Source: a virus
Taxonomy: Duplodnaviria > Caudoviricetes
Length of the DNA: 60,563 nt
Virus record (IMG/VR): IMGVR_UViG_3300032083_001059
Coordinates: 1 to 60,563 of that record
Strand: one strand, 5' to 3'
Below are positions 37,440-46,362 of the stretch, in pieces; positions within the stretch are counted from its first letter, which is position 1, and every line of letters begins with the position of its first letter. The position numbers were made by a program, and so were the translations under genes. Below the pieces are notes generated by a model that saw nothing but the letters and a program-made list of their open reading frames with translations, ran no database searches and had not been told where the DNA came from.

Positions 37440-38137
37440 AAAAAACTCTGGAGGCCCTCCAATATAACCTCACTTTTTTTCTTTGTTTTCGGATTAGTTA
37501 CTGTTATTGGGTGTCTTAACTTGGGCATCGTGTTAAAGAAAACCATAACTTTTTCAAACTGACTGGTTGTTAACTGGTCAATAAATTCTGTTAGTTCTTT
37601 GTCACTCATGTCTGCTCTATGATATACAGTATCACCACTATGTATTTCATCAATACAAGTATTTAACAGTTTAAAAACTGTTTCTGTTTCTGACATTTTT
37701 TCAACTCCACCCAAATCATTAAGTAATGGATATCTTAGATGTATTTTAATTGAGTCTGTTAACTCAATGACATTTGTATGCTCATCTGTAACTTGTACGA
37801 AAATATCAGATAAATTTAATTTTACTGGAACTCTTGTCTTTTCATCGTCTGGGCAAGTTATATTAACTTCAACAGTTTCACCTACTGACTTTCCTCTAAT
37901 TTGTAAAAACAAATATTCAACATCAAATACTGGAGATGTTGTTGCATTTACTTTATTAAAAGTACAAGAGTTAACTAAATTTGATACAGTATTAACTACT
38001 TGTGTTTGGTCATTTGATTCTTGTGCAACCATTAATAATTTTTGCTCTTTAACTAAAAATGGTCTGTATTTTATTTTTTCGCCTGTTGATGGTAACTGCA
38101 ATTCATAGGTTGGTGTTTCTAATTTAGGTAAAGCCAT
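37433..38137 (-). CDS. 26: baseplate hub assembly protein gp26-like
   Basis: MALPKL.TPTYEL.LPSTG..IKYRPFLVKEQK, DVEYLFLQIRGKSVGE, LEGLQSF. Confidence 0.88.
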   Translation of the reverse strand: MALPKLETPTYELQLPSTGEKIKYRPFLVKEQKLLMVAQESNDQTQVVNTVSNLVNSCTFNKVNATTSPVFDVEYLFLQIRGKSVGETVEVNITCPDDEKTRVPVKLNLSDIFVQVTDEHTNVIELTDSIKIHLRYPLLNDLGGVEKMSETETVFKLLNTCIDEIHSGDTVYHRADMSDKELTEFIDQLTTSQFEKVMVFFNTMPKLRHPITVTNPKTKKKSEVILEGLQSFLE

Positions 38138-38154
38138 AATTTTTCATCCTTTAA

Positions 38155-38883
38155 TTATAATTTAGATAATACTTTTGGTATTTTTGATAATATTTGTCTT
38201 TCAACTGAATCACCTATCACATCTCTAATTCTATCACCGAGTGGTTTAGGTAAGTCTGCTTCGTCTGCAAGTGATTGATAGTATCTATATGCAAACGATA
38301 CTTGAACTGTTTGTAGTGTACTTGAAGCTCCATAGTCTAGTGCTTGCTCTCCAATTGCTTTTGGATAACACTCTATAAGTCTGACACCATATCTTCTTCT
38401 ATCATTGTTATCTAATTGATATATGTCTAATGAGCCAGTGTAGGAATCATAATACTGCATAGCCCAAGTTTGTGGATTGTATGCGAGTCTTTGCCATGTT
38501 TCAAAGAATTTTCTTTCTCTTAAATCACTTGAGCATTGAAATGTTGCAGACAAGTCTGCATATGTGACACCTTGTGCGATTTGTCTAGGTGGCCCATAAA
38601 TATTTGTATCTGGTACAGTTTCCATAGTTCTGCCAGGAATAGATATTTGACTACATCTTAATCCACTTCTTCTTGCAACACCTTGCTTGGTATTCTCTTG
38701 CATAACTTTAGAAAATATGTTCATTAAGTTTTGATTACCTCTTTCTCCAGTAGGTGCGTGTAAAACCACCTCATAACGAGATTGCGTTGCGTAACCATCA
38801 TCATCACGAAACTCTGCGAGTAACTCATTTAATACTCCGTATGCAGTTCCCTCTAATGCACTACCTAAATCAAACTTTGCCAT
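38155..38883 (-). CDS. tail tube-fold baseplate protein (gp54/gp19-like)
   Basis: SRYEV, C..ISIPGR, ERKFFETWQ, YPKAI, VSFAYR. Confidence 0.75.
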   Translation of the reverse strand: MAKFDLGSALEGTAYGVLNELLAEFRDDDGYATQSRYEVVLHAPTGERGNQNLMNIFSKVMQENTKQGVARRSGLRCSQISIPGRTMETVPDTNIYGPPRQIAQGVTYADLSATFQCSSDLRERKFFETWQRLAYNPQTWAMQYYDSYTGSLDIYQLDNNDRRRYGVRLIECYPKAIGEQALDYGASSTLQTVQVSFAYRYYQSLADEADLPKPLGDRIRDVIGDSVERQILSKIPKVLSKL

Positions 38884-39444
38884 TTAAATCATTCCTCTAC
38901 TATCTGACCAAACTTTTCTTGATGAAGCCTTTTTAAATTGTTGTACTGGTAACATGGTTGCAATCACAAATTCGTCTGCATCTATTCTACGAAATTGTGA
39001 CTTTGTATATCCCTTTAAGTATTTATGTAAAGTTGGTTGAACTAATTTTATTCTTTTAACACTATTATAAGTTACTCTCAATCTAGTGCTTTCATCTAAT
39101 TTATCATTATTACTATAGTCTGATACAAGCCTATCTAACAATCTCACTCTTAAAGGAATTGGTAAGTAGTGAAAATTTATTCCTAAAAATCCCTCTGCAT
39201 AAAACTCCAATGGTAACACTAAAGGAAATATATCATAATATGGGAGTTTTTGTTTTAACTTTGGATCATAGATAAACATATTTAATTTACCTATGAATGG
39301 AGTGGATTTTCTTCTACCCTCTCTGACTAATTGTGCAGATGTTGGAATACCAAATTCTCTTATCTTTTGGCGATACCACTCAGTAGATAAATTTCTTCCA
39401 CCTACTTGTTTTTTTAAAGTTTGTATATATTTACTTTGAGCCAT
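38884..39444 (-). CDS. 2: DNA end protector protein gp2
   Basis: FIYDPK.KQKLPYYD.FPLV, GINFHYLP, VWSDSR. Confidence 0.88.
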   Translation of the reverse strand: MAQSKYIQTLKKQVGGRNLSTEWYRQKIREFGIPTSAQLVREGRRKSTPFIGKLNMFIYDPKLKQKLPYYDIFPLVLPLEFYAEGFLGINFHYLPIPLRVRLLDRLVSDYSNNDKLDESTRLRVTYNSVKRIKLVQPTLHKYLKGYTKSQFRRIDADEFVIATMLPVQQFKKASSRKVWSDSRGMI

Positions 39445-39447
39445 GTA

Positions 39448-39894
39448 TTATTTATATTGTGGATTTAAATGGTCTTCAGTAAGTATTTTAAACTCCATGT
39501 TTTGATCTTTACAATATTCTGTTGCAGATTTCCATTTTGCAGAGTTGATTCCCCAAGTTTCTACCTCTTTAAACCATTTTTTAGTTTTTCTTTTTGGATT
39601 TTTTACTGGTGGCTTGCATTGATATTTAGGCTTAACTTCAATAATAAACTTTTTAATATTGCCACTAGATTGCTTAACTTTCATATAGAAGTCTGGAAAA
39701 TAACGATGTATTTTACCATCCCACGGCGACTTATATGGTATAATAATTTCTTCACTTCCCCATTCTAATACTGCACTATTATTATCACAGTAAACCATGA
39801 GTTTTCTCTCCCACAATGAGCGATATATCACTTGAGATGGATTACCTTTATATTTTTTAGGGTTTAGTGGTTTATAGATACCTTTATATGCCAT
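39448..39894 (-). CDS. 4: head completion nuclease gp4
   Basis: YRSLWE, WGSEE, HRYFPDF, IEVKP, KILTE. Confidence 0.92.
   Translation of the reverse strand: MAYKGIYKPLNPKKYKGNPSQVIYRSLWERKLMVYCDNNSAVLEWGSEEIIIPYKSPWDGKIHRYFPDFYMKVKQSSGNIKKFIIEVKPKYQCKPPVKNPKRKTKKWFKEVETWGINSAKWKSATEYCKDQNMEFKILTEDHLNPQYK
39449..39456 (-). promoter_or_regulatory. T4-type late promoter (minus strand)
   Basis: TATTTATA on + strand, just upstream of gene 2. Confidence 0.7.
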
Positions 39895-39898
39895 AGTG

Positions 39899-39906
39899 TA
39901 TAAATA
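39899..39906 (+). promoter_or_regulatory. T4-type late promoter for gene 48
   Basis: Exact TATAAATA. Confidence 0.85.
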
Positions 39907-39927
39907 ATAATAAAATAGTTACAGGAA

Positions 39928-39935
39928 TATTTATA
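39928..39935 (-). promoter_or_regulatory. T4-type late promoter for gene 4
   Basis: Exact TATAAATA on minus strand. Confidence 0.8.
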
Positions 39936-41167
39936 TGGCCATAGATTTCGCAAGAGGTGCTGCTACTCAAGTAGGTACAACCATACTTAGAAAGGTAGCT
40001 GGTGGTATTGGACAAATCATTAAGAGTAGGCAACCATCTCCCACATCACCAGTAGAATCAACAACAAGAACAAAATATGCAACAAAAAGTTTAAGTTTTC
40101 CACTAGACATAGGTGAAGATCCAGGCGTGGGTAATCATGGACATTACATGATGTTCTTTATCAATGAGGTTAAACCAGCAAAATTAAAATATGGAACTCC
40201 ACAAGATGGTTCAAAAAATGGACAGCGTGCAAAGGCTCAGATGAATGTGCATGAAGAAGTGAGAGAGTCTGACACAAAACAAATTAGTTTAACAGAATCA
40301 GTTAATGTTCAAAGAAGTGGTGGACTTGTAAAGAATACAAAAAAGAAAGATGATATAACTCAACAAAAAACTCAAGACGAGGTGGTAGCAGAAAAAGCAA
40401 GACAGCAAACAAATCAAAAAGGAAAAAATACTCTATCAATTCAAAGAGCACCCACCACTCGTTTAGATACTGCGATACAGTTGTATATGCCACCTCAAGT
40501 GCAAGTATCTTATGCTGCAAATTATACTGATACTGAAGTTGGTATTTTAACTCAGACTGGAGTGAATGTATTTGACTCAATTATGAGAGGTGATAATGTT
40601 AGTATTGGTGACCAGTTTAAAAAAGGTGCAGTAGACCTTGGCGTATCTTCGTTATTAAAAATGGCAGATGTAGCTGCACCAGGCGCTAGAGCTGCATATG
40701 AAATAGGACAAGGACAAATAATTTCTGATAGACTAGAACTTGCATTTAAAGGTATCGCAAAAAGAAAGTTTCAATATGTGTTTAAAATGATGCCCAGAAA
40801 TGAAAGAGAAGCTCAAGAGATTAAACAAATATGTCAAGCATTTAAAGTAAATATGTTACCAGAATTTGTTGGTGGTGATAGACAAGGTAGAAGAATGGTA
40901 GTTCCAAATACTTTTAATATTCATTACATGTATTTGGGAAGTCAAAACCAATATCTTGACCCAATATCAGAATGTGTATTAACAAACATGAGTGTATCTT
41001 ATGGTGGAGAAAGATTTAGAACTTTTGACCCAGATTCATCTGGTAATCCACCGCCTGTAGAAACACAGATACAATTAGATTTTTCTGAACTAGAACTCAT
41101 CACTAGAGAAAAAGTATTAGAAGAAAATGAGCCAATGTCATTTGGCCCAACCAACTCAACGAATTAA
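39935..41167 (+). CDS. 48: baseplate tail tube cap gp48
   Basis: IQLYMP, ELAFKG...R.FQY.F.MMPRN..EA, CVLTNMSVSY, L.FSELE. Confidence 0.85.
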   Translation: MAIDFARGAATQVGTTILRKVAGGIGQIIKSRQPSPTSPVESTTRTKYATKSLSFPLDIGEDPGVGNHGHYMMFFINEVKPAKLKYGTPQDGSKNGQRAKAQMNVHEEVRESDTKQISLTESVNVQRSGGLVKNTKKKDDITQQKTQDEVVAEKARQQTNQKGKNTLSIQRAPTTRLDTAIQLYMPPQVQVSYAANYTDTEVGILTQTGVNVFDSIMRGDNVSIGDQFKKGAVDLGVSSLLKMADVAAPGARAAYEIGQGQIISDRLELAFKGIAKRKFQYVFKMMPRNEREAQEIKQICQAFKVNMLPEFVGGDRQGRRMVVPNTFNIHYMYLGSQNQYLDPISECVLTNMSVSYGGERFRTFDPDSSGNPPPVETQIQLDFSELELITREKVLEENEPMSFGPTNSTN

Positions 41168-41176
41168 GGATAGCTG

Positions 41177-41686
41177 ATGTATTTTGAAAACTTTCCAGTA
41201 ATCACTTATAAGAAAAAAGATGTAACTAATTTACTTAGACGAGTTGCAATTAGGTCTAAAGTAAAAACTAATACACTATTTTTTGATACATATGATGTAA
41301 AAGAGGGTGAAACACCAGAAATAATTGCAGATAAATTATATGGTGACTCACAGTTACATTGGATAATAATGTTAGTTAATAATATCGTGGACAGATACCA
41401 TGAGTGGCCAATGTCTGGAAATCAGTTTCTTGATTATGTAAACGAAAAATACTCAAACCCATCTGCAATACATCATTATGAAATTGAACAATCATCTGGT
41501 GATACATCTGTTAAAATAGATATTGGAGCAGACAACACAGACTATCCAACTGCAACTGCAATAACAAACTATGAGTATGAGGTAAATGAGCAAGATGAAA
41601 AAAGAAAAATTAGATTGTTAGACCCAAGATTTACTGATGATTTTGTTACAGAATTTAAAGAGTTAATGAAAGAATCAATTATATAA
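41177..41686 (+). CDS. 53: baseplate wedge gp53
   Basis: YF.NFP, GETPEIIADKLYGD..LHWII, HHYE, KRKIRLL. Confidence 0.9.
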   Translation: MYFENFPVITYKKKDVTNLLRRVAIRSKVKTNTLFFDTYDVKEGETPEIIADKLYGDSQLHWIIMLVNNIVDRYHEWPMSGNQFLDYVNEKYSNPSAIHHYEIEQSSGDTSVKIDIGADNTDYPTATAITNYEYEVNEQDEKRKIRLLDPRFTDDFVTEFKELMKESII

Positions 41687-43105
41687 ATGGCCACAGATAA
41701 TCAAATCCAGTATTCTGGTGAATATAAACTTGAAACATTAGAATTAATAACACTCAATGGTAATATTGATTTAGTTAATAATTATGTGCAAATAGACTTA
41801 TTTGAAAGTATATTTACTCACACTCTGTCTGGAAGTTTAACAATTGTTGATACAAATAATTTGTTAGTAAATTTACCACTTACTGGGCAAGAATATTTAA
41901 GATTAAAAATAAAAACTCCAGGCGTTTCCAATACAGATGCAATAGATTACACAGAAAATGTATTATCAGTTTATAGGGTTGGACAAGTTATTGACGCATC
42001 AAGAGGATCACAGTTAGTTGAGTTAAGCTTAATATCACCAGAGGCTTTAACAAATCAAAGAATGAGAGTAAGTAAAAGTTATGTTACATCTATGAATGAT
42101 ATTATTAAAGATGTATTGCGAAACAATCTATATCTTGACAGTAGAAAAAATTTATTTTTAGAAAAATCAAAAGGGAATATGAGAATAATCTCACCAAACA
42201 TTCACCCTTTTGATTTAGTAGATATGGTTACAAGTGAAACTGAAGCGACTAATGATATAACTGATGGTTTAAATTATTTCTTATTCTATGAAAATACAAA
42301 AGGATTTCATTTTAAATCAATATCTAATTTGTTTTCACAAGAAACTCAAGGTGATTATCATGGAGGAGATGTTGGAACAATTGATAGAAAAGAACAAGAA
42401 ATGGAAGATTTTAAAAGAGTTATATCATTTGAAAGAGTTGGTAATGTTGACATGTTACAAAATATAGTATCTGGTATGCTAGGGTCAACTCTAACAACTC
42501 ACGATATATATAAAAAAACATATGATAGGTATAGTTTTGGTTATTTTGATAACTATCCTAGAGTAGAAGAAAATCCTATATATTCAGATACACAAATAGA
42601 TTATCAAGGTAGGACAGTTGGTGATTTTAGAAATTCAAAAATATACTTGAACTCTAGGTCAGGAGATACAATTAATAAATTTTTTTCAAGAAATACAAGT
42701 GATTCAGAGGAAAACACAGAGGGTATATCAAGTAATTTAACAACAGGCAAAAATTTGTTACATAGGAGAGCAAAGTTTGCAGAAATGATAGGAACTGTAA
42801 GTTATAGAATAAAGGTAGCTGGACACACCGAAATGAAAGTAGGAGATATGATTAATTTTTCTGTACCAACAGTTGGAAACGACCATGGCAAGGGTGCTGA
42901 AAATGATTTCATATCAGGTAAATTTTTAATTAAAAAACTAAGGCACACATTTTATCGGGCACCAGAGGTTAAACATGAAGTTGCAATGGAGATAACAAAA
43001 GATTCATTTAGAATACCATTACCAGATGGTGATTTGGAGCAACCAGTAAAGAGTAGTGGATTCACAACTGAATTAGATGGTGGTGACGATTATGGCGCAA
43101 TGTAA
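41687..43105 (+). CDS. baseplate hub protein (gp27-like)
   Basis: FESIF...SGSLTI.D, FLFYEN.KGFHFKS, ISGKFLI..LRH.F; position after gp53. Confidence 0.7.
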   Translation: MATDNQIQYSGEYKLETLELITLNGNIDLVNNYVQIDLFESIFTHTLSGSLTIVDTNNLLVNLPLTGQEYLRLKIKTPGVSNTDAIDYTENVLSVYRVGQVIDASRGSQLVELSLISPEALTNQRMRVSKSYVTSMNDIIKDVLRNNLYLDSRKNLFLEKSKGNMRIISPNIHPFDLVDMVTSETEATNDITDGLNYFLFYENTKGFHFKSISNLFSQETQGDYHGGDVGTIDRKEQEMEDFKRVISFERVGNVDMLQNIVSGMLGSTLTTHDIYKKTYDRYSFGYFDNYPRVEENPIYSDTQIDYQGRTVGDFRNSKIYLNSRSGDTINKFFSRNTSDSEENTEGISSNLTTGKNLLHRRAKFAEMIGTVSYRIKVAGHTEMKVGDMINFSVPTVGNDHGKGAENDFISGKFLIKKLRHTFYRAPEVKHEVAMEITKDSFRIPLPDGDLEQPVKSSGFTTELDGGDDYGAM

Positions 43106-43270
43106 GAGAAAGGAGAAAAACTATAAGAAATATATCATGTAAACAATTCTTAAAAGAAAGGTAATTTATGACTAATAAAACGAAACAAAAATTGAAGAAA
43201 ATGAATTTTTTAGGACAAAGGAGAATTGACCCAACGAAAGTTAAACATGAAAAACTTATAGAAAATTCGT

Positions 43271-43933
43271 ATGAAAACATTTACACAGATTCAAGAAGGA
43301 GTTTACGATCCCAATATTCTTAAAGCATTTTTTCTAGCTGGTGGGCCAGGTAGTGGTAAATCATATGTTGTAAGGCAAGCAACTGGTGGATTAGGAATGA
43401 GGATAATAAACTCAGATATACATTTTGAGAGACTTCTCAAGCAAGCTGGGTTAAGTGCAAAGATGCCACCAGAAGAGCAACAACCAAGAGATGTTGTTCG
43501 TGCAAGAGCAAAAGAGTTAACTAAATTACAACAAAAGAATTATTTGATTGGGCGTTTAGGACTTATCATTGATGGAACTGGTAAGGACTTTGACAAAATT
43601 GCATATCAGGCTCGTGAGCTAGAAAGTTTAGGGTATGATACTCACATGATATTTGTAAATACATCACTTGATGTTGCACTACAAAGAAATAAAAAAAGAG
43701 ATAGATCTGTTCCAGAATCCATAGCAGTGAAATCTTGGAATGAGGTACAGAGAAACATTGGTAAGTTTAGTAACTTTTTTAAAGGTAACTTCATCATAGT
43801 AGATAATAATGATGTTGATGAAGATATGATGTTTCAAGTATTTAAAAGAGTTAAATCCCTTGCAAATAAAAAAGTGCAAAATCAAAGAGGTTTACAATGG
43901 ATTAGAAATGAGTTAGAAAAAAAGAAAAGATAA
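43271..43933 (+). CDS. P-loop kinase (zeta-toxin/AAA_33-like) with CTS-like leader
   Basis: GGPGSGKS, INSD, IIDGTG, RN..R.R.VP. Confidence 0.8.
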   Translation: MKTFTQIQEGVYDPNILKAFFLAGGPGSGKSYVVRQATGGLGMRIINSDIHFERLLKQAGLSAKMPPEEQQPRDVVRARAKELTKLQQKNYLIGRLGLIIDGTGKDFDKIAYQARELESLGYDTHMIFVNTSLDVALQRNKKRDRSVPESIAVKSWNEVQRNIGKFSNFFKGNFIIVDNNDVDEDMMFQVFKRVKSLANKKVQNQRGLQWIRNELEKKKR

Positions 43934-44032
43934 GTCTTTGATTTTAAAGGAGAAAAAAATATATAAACCCTTGATTTTCAAGGGTTTTTTTTTGCGTATA
44001 AACTTGACAAAATAAATGTAATTCTGTATTAT
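43931..44032 (+). promoter_or_regulatory. tandem IHF-consensus sites (43931, 43964) plus promoter TTGACA(44004)-17-TATTAT
   Basis: Copy 3 of the repeated element. Confidence 0.7.
43965..43993 (+). terminator. rho-independent terminator AAACCCTTGA/TCAAGGGTTT plus T tract
   Basis: 10-bp inverted repeat. Confidence 0.75.
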
Positions 44033-44062
44033 TGATACTGTATTAATTAATTGAGATATATT

Positions 44063-44209
44063 ATGAAAAATAAACTTTTAACAATGATTGCAAAAATGAT
44101 AGTTAATTCTTCACTTAAGACAGCTGAAGATTTTGAGAGATTACTTGGGTATTTAATTGAGGACAAATATCGTTCAAGTAAAGATCCATTTTTTGAGGAC
44201 ACTCAATAA
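44063..44209 (+). CDS. small early protein (48 aa, not in ORF track)
   Basis: First ORF after promoter; TAATG coupling. Confidence 0.5.
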   Translation: MKNKLLTMIAKMIVNSSLKTAEDFERLLGYLIEDKYRSSKDPFFEDTQ

Positions 44210-44517
44210 TGATATTGTATACACCTACTTCTTTTAAAAGAAAGAGAAAAAAGGTTTCTAATCCTACACCAAAATCGTATAGAAAACAAATGAATGGTAA
44301 TTCCACATTTTCTAGTTTTATGACTGTTACAACTACATATAGAAGAAAAGATGAGAATATACCATCACTCTCTACTACTTCAGGCTCTTGTGTAAAACAA
44401 AAGACTAAAACATATACAGGCAGTAAAATGGTGGGAATAGGAACATTACACAAATCTAATGCAATTCCAATATTTTCAGATGATGATGCAAAAGATTTAA
44501 GTAGTATGAGGAGATAA
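44209..44517 (+). CDS. conserved phage hypothetical protein
   Basis: YTG..MVGIGTLHKSNAIPIF...MRR. Confidence 0.75.
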   Translation: MILYTPTSFKRKRKKVSNPTPKSYRKQMNGNSTFSSFMTVTTTYRRKDENIPSLSTTSGSCVKQKTKTYTGSKMVGIGTLHKSNAIPIFSDDDAKDLSSMRR

Positions 44518-44584
44518 GTCATTGATTTTAAAGGAATCTTTTTTTAAAAAAAGTATTGACAAACCCATTAACATCTGTTATTAT
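44515..44584 (+). promoter_or_regulatory. IHF-consensus site plus early promoter TTGACA(44556)-17-TATTAT
   Basis: Copy 4 of the repeated element. Confidence 0.75.
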
Positions 44585-44597
44585 TATTGTATTGATT

Positions 44598-44921
44598 ATG
44601 AATAAAACTATGAAAAAAAATCTAATGGCCGCAACAATGGAACAAGTCGCAGTCATACATACAGTTGGAAAAAGTAAACCACAGACAGTAGCTATGGTTT
44701 ATGTTGAAAAAGACCTTAATGTGCAACAGAAGGCAGAGATTGCTTTTATGGCAACACAGTCCATAAAAGACGCTTGGTGGAATAATGACAATGTTGTTCC
44801 AATTTTTGATAATGGAGATACAGTTCGTTCAACAGTTTATGGTGACCAAGTTTTAGTTGGTAACGAAAAATATGAATGGGTTGATATGGATTCTACTCCA
44901 CTCGTAAAGAGGATTATATGA
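44598..44921 (+). CDS. early hypothetical protein
   Basis: TQSI..AWW.N...RST..GD motif; start uncertain. Confidence 0.6.
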   Translation: MNKTMKKNLMAATMEQVAVIHTVGKSKPQTVAMVYVEKDLNVQQKAEIAFMATQSIKDAWWNNDNVVPIFDNGDTVRSTVYGDQVLVGNEKYEWVDMDSTPLVKRII

Positions 44922-45004
44922 TGATATTAGATATATTTTTTACTTTTATGTTTTTCTTATGCTGCTATGTTTTTATAGTGGGTTTATTTGCTGAGGGAGT
45001 GTAA

Positions 45005-45211
45005 ATGACAACATACACTTATGAAGATTACTTATACAGCGATTTCCATAAAGATTCACTAGGCTTCAGACCTAGTAAAGAAATGAGAGATGCTTGGGAC
45101 GCAATGACACCTGACGAAAAACAAAATGAATGGGATAGGTTAGCTGAAGAATTTAAAAATGCAGATGGCTATATCTCTGATGAAGAAATGCAAAGGAGAT
45201 GTAACAAATGA
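45005..45211 (+). CDS. early hypothetical protein
   Basis: YSDFHKD..GFRP; GGAG RBS. Confidence 0.65.
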   Translation: MTTYTYEDYLYSDFHKDSLGFRPSKEMRDAWDAMTPDEKQNEWDRLAEEFKNADGYISDEEMQRRCNK

Positions 45212-45420
45212 GTTCAAAAAAATATGTAGTTTATCCTAAACTAAACAATAAAAAATTATCAAAAACTTTTGATGATCCAAAAGTTGCACTAAAGTGGGCA
45301 AAAGAAGGCCTTGACTATGGTGAAGAATTTGTGTATTATAAAGGTAAGAAAGAATCGTGGGAAGATGCTTTCATTGGTAATTTAGTAATAATTGGAAAAG
45401 GTGAAATAGTAAATGTTTAA
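45208..45420 (+). CDS. hypothetical protein
   Basis: ATGA coupling. Confidence 0.55.
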   Translation: MSSKKYVVYPKLNNKKLSKTFDDPKVALKWAKEGLDYGEEFVYYKGKKESWEDAFIGNLVIIGKGEIVNV

Positions 45421-45673
45421 AGCATTAATGATAGTAGCTGCAACTTTATCTTCAGGTGAAATTCGCACTACAATGAATAGTATGGAAGATTGCCTTGAGG
45501 CTAAACAAATGATTATGCAACAAGATGAAAATGCAAGTGTTTTGTGCGTTCCACAGACTCCAGAGGAATCTGAATACGCAAAGATGCAACAATTTTTTGA
45601 CATGTTTTTATTAATGATAGATAGTTTAGAAGATTATCAACAAGCAAAACAAGACAGGTTTACTTACAAATGA
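45413..45673 (+). CDS. secreted hypothetical protein
   Basis: Signal-like N-terminus, Cys pair. Confidence 0.55.
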   Translation: MFKALMIVAATLSSGEIRTTMNSMEDCLEAKQMIMQQDENASVLCVPQTPEESEYAKMQQFFDMFLLMIDSLEDYQQAKQDRFTYK

Positions 45674-45888
45674 AAACTAAAATTCATGTCAATCAGCACA
45701 TAATTCGTTCCAATAAAAAACAAGGAAAGAAAGAGCCAGTATTGACAGTAAAGACATATAAAAGTAACACATATGCAAATGCAGTAGAAATTAAAGGGCC
45801 GAGTAAAGTTGTTTACTCGCCTGACAAACCACTCTCTTGTGGTGCAAGAGTTTGGATTGAAACCGAATCAGAAGTGGTAACACACTGA
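45670..45888 (+). CDS. conserved phage hypothetical protein
   Basis: IHVNQH.I..N...PLSCGARVWIET. Confidence 0.75.
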   Translation: MKTKIHVNQHIIRSNKKQGKKEPVLTVKTYKSNTYANAVEIKGPSKVVYSPDKPLSCGARVWIETESEVVTH

Positions 45889-45894
45889 TAACAG

Positions 45895-45970
45895 GCTGGT
45901 ATAGCTCAATTGGTAGAGCAACGCACTTGTAATGCGTAGGTTGTGAGTTCAAGTCTTACTACCAGCACCA
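45895..45970 (+). tRNA. tRNA-Thr(UGU)
   Basis: 76-nt cloverleaf, anticodon arm ACGCA-CTTGTAA-TGCGT, GTTCAAG T-loop, encoded CCA. Confidence 0.96.
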
Positions 45971-46001
45971 TTTAACTTTATTGATAAGGAGTATTATTAT
46001 T

Positions 46002-46262
46002 ATGGCTAAGAAGCTTACTAAAAAACAAAAGGTTTTAAATCTTTTAACTAAAGGCAAGAATGTGACTTGGAAAACTCTTAGAAAGAGATTTGACCTTGCA
46101 TCACCAACTGCAATGATTCACACTCTTAGAAAAGAGGGCTTTGCAATCTATCGTAATGAAACACCAAATGGTGTAGCATTTAGATTAGGTTCACCAAACA
46201 AAGCAATTATTGCGGCTGGTATTGCTTCAGTTCTTGGAGTAGAACAAGCGTATAAGTCTTAA
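46002..46262 (+). CDS. winged-HTH DNA-binding protein
   Basis: KVLNLL.KG..VT...LR.RF...PTAMI..LR.EG..IY; AAGGAG RBS. Confidence 0.7.
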   Translation: MAKKLTKKQKVLNLLTKGKNVTWKTLRKRFDLASPTAMIHTLRKEGFAIYRNETPNGVAFRLGSPNKAIIAAGIASVLGVEQAYKS

Positions 46263-46269
46263 TTTTCCT

Positions 46270-46353
46270 AGATATAAGGGTGAGGCAGAGTAAAAACTAG
46301 AAGGCTCAAAATTAGTGGGGAAGTTCCACTACCTCCACCCTTAATCTTTTTTT
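46270..46353 (+). ncRNA. candidate multibranch structured RNA/terminator
   Basis: Outer stem TAAGGGTGAGG/CCTCCACCCTTA, inner TAGTGG/CCACTA, T tract. Confidence 0.4.
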
Positions 46354-46362
46354 GGAGAATAA

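Noticed and set aside
46270-46353. tmRNA or tRNA
   Set aside because: CTCCACC resembles an Ala acceptor end, but there is no TTCRA loop, CCA or tag frame.
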